64,000 bases of DNA, taken from positions 186,001 to 250,000 of the forward strand of contig NIVC01000604.1 in the NCBI GenBank assembly GCA_002269645.1, read 5' to 3'. Positions within the stretch are counted from its first letter, which is position 1, and each line of letters opens with the position of its first letter. The translations under genes and the position numbers were made by a program. This document shows, piece after piece, positions 23,708-37,343 of this stretch. This stretch comes from Macrostomum lignano (lineage: Eukaryota). The notes beneath the pieces were generated by a model. It was not told where the DNA came from and searched no databases. It saw only the letters and a program-made list of their open reading frames with translations.

Positions 23708-23884
23708 GACTCGCCAGTGTTGCCGGTCCGCTCTGTGTATAATTCCAATATTGTGCAACAGCATAGCAGTCTGGGGTCAGCGCGAGTCTACAGAACGCGT
23801 GAGATCGGCCTTCTCCACGAGTCACTGCCGCTGTGCCTTCTTGCACCTTTTGGCTTGACGACTCACTAACGGCTGATTACATTA
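23708..23884 (+). ncRNA. H/ACA snoRNA copy 16
   Basis: Full copy ending ACA-TTA, 81 nt before the 3' splice site. Pocket variant GTCAG can form G-U with the target. Confidence 0.85.
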
Positions 23885-23965
23885 CTTACTTTACATGGTA
23901 GAGCAAAGATTAGGAGCGAAGACAGTCAAGAAAAAAATGGAACCCGCCACCGCTAATATTCCCAG

Positions 23966-24086
23966 GTTCAAGGAGGAATTGGCGGCCGCCAGCGCCAGCA
24001 TCAAATCGCGCAACAGCAACCGCGACCCGGTGTACCTGTACACTGCACTGGATCCTGAGCGCATGCTGAATCACCTGGTTGTGTGA
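23966..24086 (+). CDS. Lipoxygenase-like gene, terminal exon 6
   Basis: CTAAT branch-like site and TTCCCAG| acceptor. Translates (E)FKEELAAASASIKSRNSNRDPVYLYTALDPERMLNHLVV*, a LOX C-terminal pattern. The six exons sum to 2070 nt = 689 aa + stop. Confidence 0.88.
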
Positions 24087-25504
24087 TTAGCAACCCAACT
24101 GAAGCTTTTAGCTAAAGACTTGATGTGTAGCGTCACCTTTTTGTATCTTTTTTGTGCGTCTTTCCCAGTGTTTAGCAGGTTAGTTGCAACTGAAATGGCA
24201 AGCATTGAATAAGTACAAGCATAGGAAAGTTGCTTCGTCACTTTTCGATGCTCTAGTCAATTCTTACTGCCTTGCCGGGGCTTTTTGAAGTACTTGCAGA
24301 AATTTATATACTACTGAGTTGGCAGTAGTTTAATATCATATGCGTCGGATAAGTCAGTTCTAGTGTCTCAATGTATATATGTACTAATAATCTGAGTACC
24401 TTTGTTACCTCTTATTGTCCAAACAGTACACTATATATATATATATATTACTGAGTAAGTAGCGTTTTATGTGAGCTGTTGTGCAATTGTTGTCTGATTT
24501 TTCCCTAGTTTTACGTAAACCAATTGCAATACGATCTCCGTTTTATACAACACTTTTTATCCCGCTTAGATGGCTGTGCCTCCCGCGTTTATTTATGTTG
24601 GATTGCACTACTTACCTACTGTCGGGGTGAGTAGTGTACTGTGGACACGTGTTTTTATAATCTCAAACTGCTTATTAATCAATTCTATGTTAGTCAAACT
24701 ATCCCTGCATTCCAGTCACTTTTTCTCTGACTCCTGCAATTTTTTCTCTTTTTGTGTGAATCTTCGTTTTTTGTTTCATAGAAAACTGCACATGTGGTTT
24801 TAAAGGTTTTATTATGTGTGTCAGGTTTTTTACTATTGTTGACAAAAATGCTGAATCGATTGTGTCCGCTCTTATACTACTGACAGACAATGCTTTGAGT
24901 AGCATAGTTAGGACATTAGTTGTCAAATAAATTTACTTTTTAAAGCGATCTGATGTGCTAAGCGTCCTCTTGCTTGCGTTAATTCTAGAAATTGCCTCAT
25001 AAAATTTCATTTATTAAAATTGTGTTTTAATAACTTGTCTGCCAATTTCAAACTCGTTTATCCTCGCCATTTTTCGGACAAAATTTTGACAAAAATACGA
25101 ACTGCATAGCCGCACATTCCTTATATTATATTATCTCAATTGAACAATATCTGAAGTCTCTCTCTGTGGCACAATAAATTATCTTTATATGCTTTACTCT
25201 GCTGGCTTATTCATTTCTATTCAGTCACAGTCGTAAAGATAATTTAGCGGTTGGCTGTATGACTTTAGGCCTATATATATAATTATACCTACCGATAAGG
25301 CTGTTATCCGTATTTATTGCAGCATGGCTTCGTTTTTATAATTTGCGGTTTGGTAATTTTTTAATTAGGTGCGTGCCCAACTGCTGTAGTTTCTATTTTC
25401 TGTTCTTCCTGCATTCCAGTGGTAATGCAGTGCTTGACAGAGCAATTGACAAGACACTCCTGAGACTATCTGTATCTGAAATATGCCATTTGAAACTGAT
25501 AGAT

Positions 25505-26915
25505 ATTATACTGATGGATATCTATATCCTGCTCTGATGGATTTCTATATCCTACTCTGGATGTCTATACCCTGCTCTGATGGATGTCTATATCCTACTC
25601 TGGATGTCTATACCCTGCTCTGATGGATTTCTATATCCTACTCTGAATGTTTATACCCTGCTCTGATGGATGTCTATATCCTACTCTGGATGTCTATACC
25701 CTGCTCTGATGGATTTCTATATCCTACTCTGGATGTCTATACCCTGCTCTGATGGATGTCTATATCCTGCTCTGGATGTCTATACCCTGCTCTGATCGAT
25801 ATCTATATCCTACTCTGGATGTCTATACCCTGCTCTGATCGATATCTATATCCTGCTCTAATGGTGTCTATATCCTGCTCTAATCGATGTTTATATCCTC
25901 CTCTGATGGATGTCAATATCCTGTTCTGATAGATGTCTATATCCTGCTCTAATCAATGTCTATATCCTGCTCTAATCGATGTTTATATCCTCCTCTGATG
26001 GATGTCTATATCCTGCTCTGACGGATGTCTATATCCTGCTCTAATCGATGTTTATATCCTGCTCTAATGAATGTCTATATACTGCTCTAATCCATGTCTA
26101 TATCCTGCTCTGATGAATGTCTATATCCTGCTCTTATAGATGTCTATATCCTGCTCTTATGGATGTCTATATCCTGCTCTTATGGATGTCTATATCCTGC
26201 TCTAATAGTGTCTATATCCTTCTCTAAGTGATGTCTACATCCTACTCTGATGGATGTCAATATCCTGCTCTATTGAATGTCTATATCCTGCTCTAATGAA
26301 TTTCTATATCCTGCTCTGATCGATATCTATATCCTGCTCTAATGGTGTCTATATCCTGCTCTAATGAATGTCAATATCCTGCTCTGATGGATGTCAATAT
26401 CCTGCTCTGATGGATGTCTATATCCTGCTCTCATGAATTTCTATATCCTGCTCTTATGGATGTCTATATCCTGCTCTAATCCATGTCTATATCCTGCTCT
26501 GATGAATGTCTATATCCTGCTCTTATGGATGTCTATATCCTGCTCTTATGGATGTCTATATCCTGCTCTTATGGATGTCTATATCCTGCTCTGATGGATG
26601 TCAATATCCTGCTCTAATAGTGTCTATATCCTTCTCTAAGTGATGTCTACATCCTACTCTGATGGATGTCAATATCCTGCTCTAATAGTGTCTATATCCT
26701 TCTCTAAGTGATGTCTACATCCTACTCTGATGGATGTCAATATCCTGCTCTAATGAATGTCTATATCCTGCTCTAATGAATGTCTATATCCTGCTCTAAT
26801 GAATGTCTATATCCTGCTCTAATGAATGTCTATTTCCTGCTCTTATGGATGTCTATATCCTGCTGTGATGGATGTCTATATCCTGCTGTGATGGATGTCT
26901 ATATCCTGCTGTGAT
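25505..26915. repeat. ~23-bp minisatellite (GATGGATGTCTATATCCTGCTCT)
   Basis: Tandem array read directly. Confidence 0.95.
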
Positions 26916-27884
26916 ATATGCACGAGCGTATATTTCCGAGACTGATAGATGTCTATATGAGATTGACGGATGACTATATTCGAGACTGATATATCCGACA
27001 ACAGAGCGATCAAACACTGACTGCTTCAGTCAAGCACTGCAAGTTTGGTGTTGAGTCAAGCCGCTTGTTGAGCAGCTCTGACAGGCAGACACGCAAGTCA
27101 GATCACCGCCAGAAGGAGCAACTCCCTGAATTCGTCTCTTAGCGCCACTCCTCTACTTCGCAGAAAGTTTGAGTGTCTTTAGCCGCGGGGAAGTCGGCTG
27201 GCTGGGAAGAGGGGCGGCGGGAGGCCGAGACCCCCAACGGCTTGAAGAGGTCCCGCTGATGCTAGCAATTAGTGGCCGCAGAAAGAGAGACAGACGGACA
27301 GACAGACAGGCTGCAGATAGGCAGCCAGTCGCACAATAAGACGCTCTTCTCGCCTGCTCTCCCCGCTGCCTCGGCATCGCCTCTCGAGGCGCAGTTTTAA
27401 CAGTGTAGCACACAGACACGGGTTTTGACTGACAGCTGCCAGTCAGTATCTTGGACGGTGTCAGGGGGAAGGCTGCCGGCCTAAGCAAGCTCAAGGAGGA
27501 CCGGGAGTGATTGTTGAGGGCGCCTGATTGGCAGCGGGGCCTCCCGTCGATGGAGGGTGTCGGGAGGGAGCGGGGGCGGCCTGTCCATGATGATGCTACT
27601 CTGGGGCCGGGCAGGCGGCCAGATTGACAGCTGGATATGCCGAGGGGACAGTGAAAGCTGCGACTGGCCTTTCCCGGGATTTCTGCGGCAACGGTTGCAG
27701 CAACTGGCGGAGCAGGAATTGGAAGCTGCGCTGATCCGTTCTCCCGCTGCGGTGGAGCAACAAACAAATGGATATAATTGCGGGAGTTACATTTATTGAG
27801 GGGTTAGAAGAAACTAACCAAAATAGGTCAAATGACTCGTCAGTTCTGATCGAAATATAAAAAACTATTGCGATAACTGAGAAG

Positions 27885-30800
27885 GCAGGAATAGATACTT
27901 GGATAGACATCATGAAGGCAGGAATAGATACTTGGATAGAGATCATGAAGGCAGGAATAGATGCTTGGATAGAGATCATGAAGGCAGGAATAGATACTTG
28001 GATAGACATCATGAAGGCAGGAATAGATACTTGGATAGAGATCATGAAGGCAGGAATAGATACTTGGATAGAGATCGTGAAGGCAGGAATAGATACTTGG
28101 ATAGAGATGATGAAGGCAGGAATAGATACTTGGATAAAGATCATGAAGACAGGAATAGATTTTTGGATAGAGATCATGAAGGTGGAATAGATGCTTGGAT
28201 AGAGATCGTGAAGGCAGGAATAGATACTTGGATAGAGATCGTGAAGGCAGGAATAGATATTTGGATAGAGATCATGAAGGCAGGAATAGATACTTGGATA
28301 GAGATCATGAAGGCAGGAATAGATACTTGGATAGAGATCGTGAAGGCAGGAATAGATACTTGGTTAGAGATCGTGAAGGCAGGAATAGATATTTGGATAG
28401 AGATCATGAAGGCAGGAATAGATACTTGGATAGAGATCGTGAAGGCAGGAATAGATACTTGGATAGAGATCGTGAAGGCAGGAATAGATACTTGGATAGA
28501 GATGATGAAGGCAGGAATAGATACTTGGATAGAGATTATGAAGACAGGAATAGATTTTTGGATAGAGATCATGAAGGTGGAATAGATGCTTGGATAGAGA
28601 TCATGAAGGCAGGAATAGATACTTGGATAGAGATCATGAAGACAGGAATAGATTTTTGGATAGAGATCATGAAGGTGGAATAGATGCTTGGATAGAGATC
28701 ATGAAGGCAGGAATAGATATTTGGATAGAGACCGTGAAGGCAGGAATAGATACTTGGATAGAGATGATGAAGGCAGGAATAGATACTTGGATAGAGATCA
28801 TGAAGACAGGAATAGATTTTTGGATAGAGATCATGAAGGTGGAATAGATGCTTGGATAGAGATCATGAAGGCAGGAATAGATATTTGGATAGAGATCATG
28901 AAGGTGGAATAGATGCTTGGATAGAGATCATGAAGGCAGGAATAGATACTTGGATAGAGATCATGAAGGTGGAATAGATGCTTGGATAGAGATCATGAAG
29001 GCAGGAATAGATACTTGGATAGAGATCGTGAAGGCAGGAATAGATACTTGGATAGAGATCATGAAGGCAGGAATAGATACTTGGATAGAGATCATGAAGG
29101 CAGGAATAGATACTTGGATAGAGATCATGAAGGCAGGAATAGATTTTTGGATAGAGATCATGAAGGTGGAATAGATGCTTGGATAGAGATCGTAAAGGCA
29201 GGAATAGATGCTTGGATAGAGATCACGAAGGCAGGAATAGATACTTGGATAGAGATCATGAAGGCAGGAATAGATACTTGGATAGAGACCGTGAAGGCAG
29301 GAATTGATACTTGGATAGAGATCGTGAAGGCAGGAATAGATACTTGGATAGAGATCGTGAAGGCAGGAATAGATATTTGGATAGAGACCGTGAAGGCAGG
29401 AATAGATGCTTGGATAGAGATGATGAAGGCAGGAATAGATACTTGGATAGAGATCATGAAGGCAGGAATAGATTTTTGGATAGAGATCATGAAGGTGGAA
29501 TAGATGCTTGGATAGAGATCGTGAAGGCAGGAATAGATACTTGGATAGAGATCGTGAAGGCAGGAATAGATACTTGGATAGAGATCATGAAGGTGGAATA
29601 GATGCTTGGATAGAGATCATGAAGGCAGGAATAGATATTTGGATAGAGATCATGAAGGTGGAATAGATATTTGGATAGAGATCATGAAGGCAGGAATAGA
29701 TACTTGGATAGAGATCATAAAGGCAGGAATAGATACTTGGATAGAGATCATGAAGGCAGGAATAGATACTTGGATAGAGACCGTGAAGGCAGGAATAGAT
29801 TTTTGGATAGAGATCATGAAGGTGGAATAGATGCTTGGATAGAGATCGTGAAGGCAGGAATAGATACTTGGATAGAGATCATGAAGGCAGGAATAGATAC
29901 TTGGATAGAGACCGTGAAGGCAGGAATTGATACTTGGATAGAGATCATGAAGGCAGGAATTGATACTTGGATAGAGATCATGAAGGCAGGAATAGATACT
30001 TGGATAGAGACCGTGAAGGCAGGAATTGATACTTGGATAGAGATCATGAAGGCAGGAATAGATACTTGGATAGAGACCGTGAAGGCAGGAATAGATTTTT
30101 GGATAGAGATCATGAAGGTGGAATAGATGCTTGGATAGAGATCGTGAAGGCAGGAATAGATACTTGGATAGAGATCATGAAGGCAGGAATAGATACTTGG
30201 ATAGAGACCGTGAAGGCAGGAATTGATACTTGGATAGAGATCATGAAGGCAGGAATTGATACTTGGATAGAGATCATGAAGGCAGGAATAGATACTTGGA
30301 TAGAGACCGTGAAGGCAGGAATTGATACTTGGATAGAGATCATGAAGGCAGGAATAGATACTTGGATAGAGATCATGAAGGCAGGAATAGATACTTGGAT
30401 AGAGATCATGAAGGCAGGAATTGATACTTGGATAGAGATCGTGAAGGCAGGAATAGATACTTGGTTAGAGATCGTGAAGGCAGGAATAGATATTTGGATA
30501 GAGACCGTGAAGGCAGGAATAGATGCTTGGATAGAGATCATGAAGGCAGGAATAGATACTTGGATAGAGATCATGAAGGCAGGAATAGATACTTGGATAG
30601 AGATCATGAAGGCAGGAATAGATTTTTGGATAGAGATCATGAAGGTGGAATAGATGCTTGGATAGAGATCGTGAAGGCAGGAATAGATACTTGGATAGAG
30701 ATCGTGAAGGCAGGAATAGATACTTGGATAGAGATCATGAAGACAGGAATAGATGCTTGGATAGAGATCATGAAGGCAGGAATAGATATTTGGATAGAGA

Positions 30801-31057
30801 TCATGAAGGTGGAATAGATGCTTGGATAGAGATCATGAAGGCAGGAATAGATACTTGGATAGAGATCATAAAGGCAGGAATAGATACTTGGATAGAGATC
30901 ATGAAGGCAGGAATAGATACTTGGATAGAGATCATGAAGGTGGAATAGATGCTTGGATAGAGATCGTGAAGGTGGAATAGATGCTTGGATAGAGATCATA
31001 AAGGCAGGAATAGATACTTGGATAGAGATCATGAAGGCAGGAATAGATATTTGGATA
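27885..31057. repeat. 33-bp minisatellite (GATAGAGATCATGAAGGCAGGAATAGATACTTG) with shorter variant units
   Basis: Tandem array; source of the DRDHEGRNRYL / WIEIMKAGIDT pseudo-ORFs. Confidence 0.97.
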
Positions 31058-31644
31058 TATTTTTAGCTTAGCGACCAGACGTCTCCACCTGCTAGCTCGG
31101 CCAGATAATATTAATTGCCCTTGGAGACTCAGATAAATTTTCAAAATTGTTTCCAGGCAGTTGATGATTGACAGGTTCGAGCAAATTTTCGGGGACGAAG
31201 AAATCGCCTTTTGTCTCCAAGCGAATAGGGGGAACTGGGCCCAGGGTTGCTAGGCCTGAGTTACGCTTGGATCCCACCCCGCACAAGTCTGCAGAGCTGC
31301 GGTGGAGTCTGCGACACAGTGCATGTTTGAGCTGCATCGGACTGCTCAGGTTTAACAATGTTTTTTTTCCGCTATCTTATCGCTGCAGCCGGCAAAGCTC
31401 GATGGGAGGCGGGGTGGATGAAAGGCCGAAGCCTCGGTTTGCTTTTAATCTTAGCCGCTCCGAGTTCGCTTTGCGAGGCCGGCGCCTCCACACAAAGCGT
31501 CCAATTTTTTGAATCGGGACCATTTTTTGCCGGTTCAGCTGGCGCGGAGGTCGAATATTCCCATGAATCCCGACCGCATGTCTGATGCGATTTGGGCCAA
31601 GTTGGCTCTGCTGTTTGCAAGTGCTTCACCTGGCTTCATTGTTA

Positions 31645-32430
31645 GAGTGGGTGTGGAATGGTGGGGCTGTTACTGAGGGTGTCACAGAGTGGGTGTGGAA
31701 TGGTGGAGCTGTTACTGAGGGTGTTACAGAGTGGGTGTGGAATGGTGGGGCTGTTACTGAGGGTGTCACAGAGTGGGTGTGGAATGGTGGGGCTGTTACT
31801 GAGGGTGTTACAGAGTGGGTGTGGAATGGTGGGGCTGTTACTGAGGGTGTCACAGAGTGGGTGTGGAATGGTGGGGCTGTTACTGAGGGTGTTGCAAAGT
31901 GGGTGTGGAATGGTGGGGCTGTTACTGAGGGTGTTGCAGAGTGGGTGTGGAATGGTGGGGCTGTTACTGAGGGTGTTGCAGAGTGGGTGTGGAATGGTGG
32001 GGCTGTTACTGAGGGTGTTGCAGAGTGGGTGTGGAATGGTGGGGCTGTTACTGAGGGTGTCACAGAGTGGGTGTGGAATGGTGGGGCTGTTACTGAGGGT
32101 GTTGCAAAGTGGGTGTGGAATGGTGGGGCTGTTACTGAGGGTGTCACAGAGTGGGTGTGGAATGGTGGGGCTGTTACTGAGGGTGTTGCAGAGTGGGTGT
32201 GGAATGGTGGAGCTGTTACTGAGGGTGTTACAGAGTGGGTGTGGAATGGTGGAGCTGTTACTGAGGGTGTCACAGAGTGGGTGTGGAATGGTGGAGCTGT
32301 TACTGAGGGTGTCACAGAGTGGGTGTGGAATGGTGGGGCTGTTACTGAGGGTGTCACAGAGTGGGTGTGGAATGGTGGAGCTGTTACTGAGGGTGTCACA
32401 GAGTGGGTGTGGAATGGTGGGGCTGCTACT
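31645..32430. repeat. 42-bp minisatellite (GAGTGGGTGTGGAATGGTGGGGCTGTTACTGAGGGTGTCACA)
   Basis: About 18-19 near-identical units, open in several frames. Confidence 0.96.
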
Positions 32431-34061
32431 GAGTCTGTTACGGTGTGCAGTGGGTGCAGAATCGTGAGGCTGTTACAGAGGGTGTTACGAATGGCAATAG
32501 AATTTATAGCTGTGTCACAAGGTAAATGTGAGGGTGTTGCAATTGTTATAGAAATCTGAAGCTACCTGTCTGCCTTAATGCCATTGCGTGAGGCGCGACG
32601 ATGCGAGCCTCTATTCATTATGACTGCCAGCTCCAGGTGCATTGACTTTGGTGCAAAAGTGGGTGCTACAATTGAATTTTTTAAACCTCGACTCAGACTT
32701 GAGGGGTTTGAGTCGATGTGTCACAACGTCAATCTTAATTTCATAGCCTCAAAGCTTGGTCTAGTTGTGCAAAAATGCGGTTTCCCTTCCATATCCCAGT
32801 GAACATTGTCGCCCCTATTAATCTATCAATCATTTTAACAAATTGTCAATCAAAGCCATCCCAACGCGTGCCTCGCCCACTACAAGTTTTTACGGTTCAC
32901 AAAGAAATTCACAAAAGTTGATTGGACTGGCTGGGTGCTAGAAGCAAACACTTCTCTGGCCTTCGTGTCTGCCTGCCCCGTCTGTCTCTCCGAAGCGAGC
33001 ACAAACTGTTTTGAATGGCATCGGCGAGCAACAGGTGGCTTCAAGCAAGCCCGGGCCACTTCTGCTTTCGTCTCTCTCGGCCACGGCACACCCGGGCAAG
33101 CCTCGGGGTGCCGGGGAGGGGGGGTCGTGCGCCCCTTCCCTCTCCCCCCCACAGTATTCAGGTTACAAGTGTAGACGGGCGATGGACCAGCGCTGCGGGG
33201 GGGTTGGGCCATAGACTAAACACACTCCAGTCCCAAGTCGGGCTTTGACAATGGGCTTGTTTTACTCTCTTGTTAAAATTGAAAATTTTCGAACAACCTC
33301 TTCTGCGCCTGTCTGTGGATTGAAGCAGCTCCGACTATCGATTGAACAACAAAGCCGAGGATTTTCTGTGCTTCTCTTTGTCAAGAGCTCGTCTTCAACT
33401 GCACACTCCCGCTCCCTGGGGGGCACACAAATGAAGCGCGGGCATGTGGCAAGTGAAGAAGATCGAAATTTCTAGTGCAAGAAAGAAGTTGAAGGAGGCA
33501 GTTTGTTGAAATGCAGTGTGAAGTGACAGAGAGAGAGATAAGGCGCCGGGCGTGACTGAGGGGGGGCTTCACTGGGGCACATAAAGGTGTGGCTGATTTT
33601 GACAGCCATTCATTTTTGCTGCACGTATTCATAGATGCGGATCGCGGCCCTCGTATCAATTGTTAATATCACGGCCGGCTGCAACATGCTTCGTTAAAAA
33701 TCTGTTCCTACAGCGAGGCTGTGCTGCACTAATCAGCCTGTCAACCTGTCCATCATCAGTCAGTTCGTGTCAGTGCTCGATTTTGGCTGCTTGATGGACA
33801 CTGCGTTGATTGCACTGACAAAGCTATGGGCTGGATTTGGACATATGATCGCTTTTTCTGTGCACCTGCCTGCCTTATCAATGTGTCTGTTTGACATGCG
33901 CCACACTAATGCAGGTGTTATTTGAGCATAATTGCGCCCCCCCCCCCCAGACTGGAGGTTTTAAGCTGTGAGGGAGATGGCATGGAAACCAGAGCTTGAG
34001 ATTGGAGCAGATAGAAATAAGGAAGAGAAGGAATAGAGAAGGAAGAGACAGATGGAGAGTG

Positions 34062-34712
34062 CCTGGTGGACAGTGGCAGAGACAGAGGAGGCTGGCTGGT
34101 GGACAGTGGCAGAGACAGGGGAGGCTGGCTGGTGGACAGTGGCAGAGACAGAGGAGGCTGGCTGGTGGACAGTGGCAGAGACAAGGGAGGCTGGCTGGTG
34201 GACAGTGGCAGAGACAGAGGAGGCTGGCTGGTGGACAGTGGCAGAGACAGGGGAGGCTGCCTGGTGGACATTGGCAGAGACAGGGGAAGCTGGCTGGTGG
34301 ACATTGGCAGAGACAGGGGAGGCTGGCTGGTGGATAGTGGCAGAGACAGGGGAGGCTGGCTGGTGGACAGTGGCAGAGACAGGGGAGGCTGCCTGGTGAA
34401 CAGTGGCAGAGACAGGGGAGGCTGGCTGGTGGATAGTGGCAGAGACAGGGGAGGCTGGCTGGTGGATAGTGGCAGAGACAGGGGAGGCTGGCTGGTGGAC
34501 AGTGGCAGAGACAGGGGAGGCTGGCTGGTGAACAGTGGCAGAGACAGGGGAGGCTGCCTGGTGGACAGTGGCAGAGACAGGGGAGGCTGGCTGGTGCACA
34601 GTGGCAGAGACAGGGGAGGCTGCCTGGTGGATAGTGGCAGAGACAGGGGAGGCTGCCTGGTGGACAGTGGCAGAGACAGGGGAGGCTGGCTGGTGGACAG
34701 TGGCAGAGACAG
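34062..34712. repeat. 33-bp minisatellite (GGCTGGCTGGTGGACAGTGGCAGAGACAGGGGA)
   Basis: About 20 units. Confidence 0.96.
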
Positions 34713-35169
34713 GGTGAGTGGCGGTCAGAGATGGGGAGAGCAGGGCAGGAGACTGTGAGCGGTGTCCGGTGGCCGGGCATCCATCATTTTCTTATCAATC
34801 AAGCTGGGTGGCTGCCCGCTGTTCGTCTCGCGTGCGACACCCCGCAGTCCCTCCTCGCCTCCCCCCTTTCAGGCGGCGCCGCTGGTGGCACGTCGGGGGG
34901 GGGGTTCGGGAAGAAGGAAGAGGGGAAAAGATTGAAAAGGAATGAAAAGTAAATAAAGCTGCGGATTCTGCCGCTAAGCCCGCAGATGGGCGGCCGGGCC
35001 TCTCCGCTGTCTCGCTCGTGTCTTGACACTTTTTTGATAGATTCGGTGGACTGCCGCCGCTGCTGCCGCCGCTGAGCTGAGCCGCTCCTGCGAGGGTTTC
35101 GCGTGTCCTGCAAGTAGCGATGAAAGCGGCAGAAATCAAATCAAAATCATAACTTAGAAACCGAATACT

Positions 35170-35580
35170 TTTGATGTCGGACTATGCCACTTTTGATGCC
35201 ACTTTTGATGTCGGACTATGCCACTTTTGATGTCGGACTATGCCACTTTTGATGTCGGACTATGCCACTTTTGATGTCGGACTATGCCACTTTTGATGTC
35301 GGACTATGCCACTTTTGATGTCGGACTATGCCACTTTTGATGTCGGACTATGTCAGTTTTGATGCCACTTTTGATGTCGGACTATGTCACTTTTGATGCC
35401 ACTTTTGATGCCACTTTTAATGTCGGACTATGCCACTTTTGATGCCACTTTTGATGCCACTTTTGATGCCACTTTTGATGTCGGACTATGCCACTTTTGA
35501 TTACGGAATCTGCCATTTTGATACCGGAATCTGCCATTTTGATACCGGAATCTGCCATTTTGATACCGGAATCTGCCACT
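35170..35580. repeat. 22-bp/12-bp composite repeat (GATGTCGGACTATGCCACTTTT) plus a 21-bp GATACCGGAATCTGCCATTTT tail
   Basis: Tandem units read directly. Confidence 0.92.
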
Positions 35581-36449
35581 TTGCATTGGTTTCTGTTCAA
35601 TCAGATTGACTCAAGTGACCAACGCTTTACCAGCCATTAGAGGCTGGCAAGACTTTTCCCGTGCAGCTCAAGGTGGGCAAGAGGCGATTCATAAAATATG
35701 CGAAAATTCTTTCATATTTTCGTATTTTCCCAACGCCTGCCTCCTTGACTCGCAAGCCCCCCCCCCTTATTTCCATTATCAGAGCCTCTGACTGACGTCT
35801 GTCTGTCATGGGCGACTGCAGACTTGAGTAGCACCGGACTCCCCCCGTCTCTTCCAGTGAAGCGGGCAGCGGCCAATCTGATGAAGGAGAGAGGCTGGGC
35901 AGTCCGCTTCCCTCTCTCTCTCTCCTCTCCTCTCTCAGCCCCATCAATTACGCAAAATGACAGCGCCTTATCAAGCCGGGGAGCTGCTTGTCAAAAACCC
36001 AAGGCCTCCTTGCCCCCCCCTCCTCCCTTCTCCGCTTGCGGCCCCCCTGGGAGGCTGGGAAAGGCGGAGGACGAGTCCAGACTGATGGAGAAAATGGAGG
36101 AAGGGAGACTGCGGCGCAGGGGGGGGGTAGAGTTCTTGGCGGGTCCGGAGAGAGCGGCGAGGGGTCAGCGGCAGCAGCGACTGCCTCTCGGGCTCCTCGA
36201 GTGACTCCTCAGAGAGCGGAGCTTCTGGTCACTCAGAAGGGATTGGGAAAATTGAAAGCCTTCAAGCCCGCTTTTGCATACGCACTCAGCGGCCCCCCAG
36301 CTGCCCTCCTGCAAGTTTTGATTAGATCGTGTCACATGGGAGGCAGAGGCGGGCAGCGGTTGTCTTGTGACAAGAGGTTTTGGCACGGCACAGGAATTCC
36401 GGGGTGCAAAAGATGAAGTAGGGCTTATGAGTGAGCGCGGTTAGTTAGA

Positions 36450-37343
36450 ATCTGAGATCTGGGATCTGAGATCTGAGATCTGGGATCTGAGATCTGGGAT
36501 CTGAGATCTGGGATCTGAGATCTGGGATCTGAGATCTGGGATCTGAGATCTGGGATCTGAGATCTGGGATCTGAGATCTGGGATCTGAGATCTGGGATCT
36601 GAGATCTGGGATCTGAGATCTGGGATCTGAGATCTGGGATCTGAGATCTGGGATCTGAGATCTGGGATCTGAGATCTGGGATCTGAGATCTGGGATCTGA
36701 GATCTGGGATCTGAGATCTGGGATCTGAGATCTGGGATCTGAGATCTGGGATCTGAGATCTGGGATCTGAGATCTGGGATCTGAGATCTGGGATCTGAGA
36801 TCTGGGATCTGAGATCTGGGATCTGAGATCTGGGATCTGAGATCTGGGATCTGAGATCTGGGATCTGAGATCTGGGATCTGAGATCTGGGATCTGAGATC
36901 TGGGATCTGAGATCTGGGATCTGAGATCTGGGATCTGAGATCTGGGATCTGAGATCTGGGATCTGAGATCTGGGATCTGAGATCTGGGATCTGAGATCTG
37001 GGATCTGAGATCTGGGATCTGAGATCTGAGATCTGGGATCTGAGATCTGGGATCTGAGATCTGGGATCTGAGATCTGGGATCTGAGATCTGGGATCTGAG
37101 ATCTGGGATCTGAGATCTGGGATCTGAGATCTGGGATCTGAGATCTGGGATCTGAGATCTGGGATCTGAGATCTGGGATCTGAGATCTGGGATCTGAGAT
37201 CTGGGATCTGAGATCTGGGATCTGAGATCTGGGATCTGAGATCTGGGATCTGAGATCTGGGATCTGAGATCTGGGATCTGAGATCTGGGATCTGAGATCT
37301 GGGATCTGAGATCTGGGATCTGAGATCTGGGATCTGAGATCTG
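36450..37343. repeat. (GATCTGGGATCTGA)n 14-bp repeat built from a 7-bp dimer
   Basis: Nearly perfect array. Confidence 0.98.

Larger units (their letters stand above)
15718..23884 (+). ncRNA. Intronic tandem array of 16 box H/ACA snoRNA copies (177 nt each)
   Basis: Hairpin (GACTCGC/GCGAGTC), H box ACAGAA, hairpin (ATCGGCC/GGCTGAT), then ACA 3 nt from the 3' end. Both pockets lie 14 nt from their box and are complementary to conserved 18S rRNA motifs. Confidence 0.9.

Noticed and set aside
15718-23884. CRISPR-like repeat/spacer appearance of the array
   Set aside because: The repeats are 177 nt, the spacers are about 300-360 nt and homologous to each other, there are no cas genes, and the context is a eukaryotic intron.
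27596-31032. Many long ORFs (DRDHEGRNRYL, WIEIMKAGIDT, ISIQVSIPAF)
   Set aside because: These are translations of a 33-bp satellite that is open in several frames on both strands, with no unique coding flanks.
31585-32559. 324-aa ORF with EWVWNGGAVTEGVT repeats
   Set aside because: A 42-bp minisatellite open in three frames, with no domain or splice support. A secreted repeat protein cannot be fully excluded.
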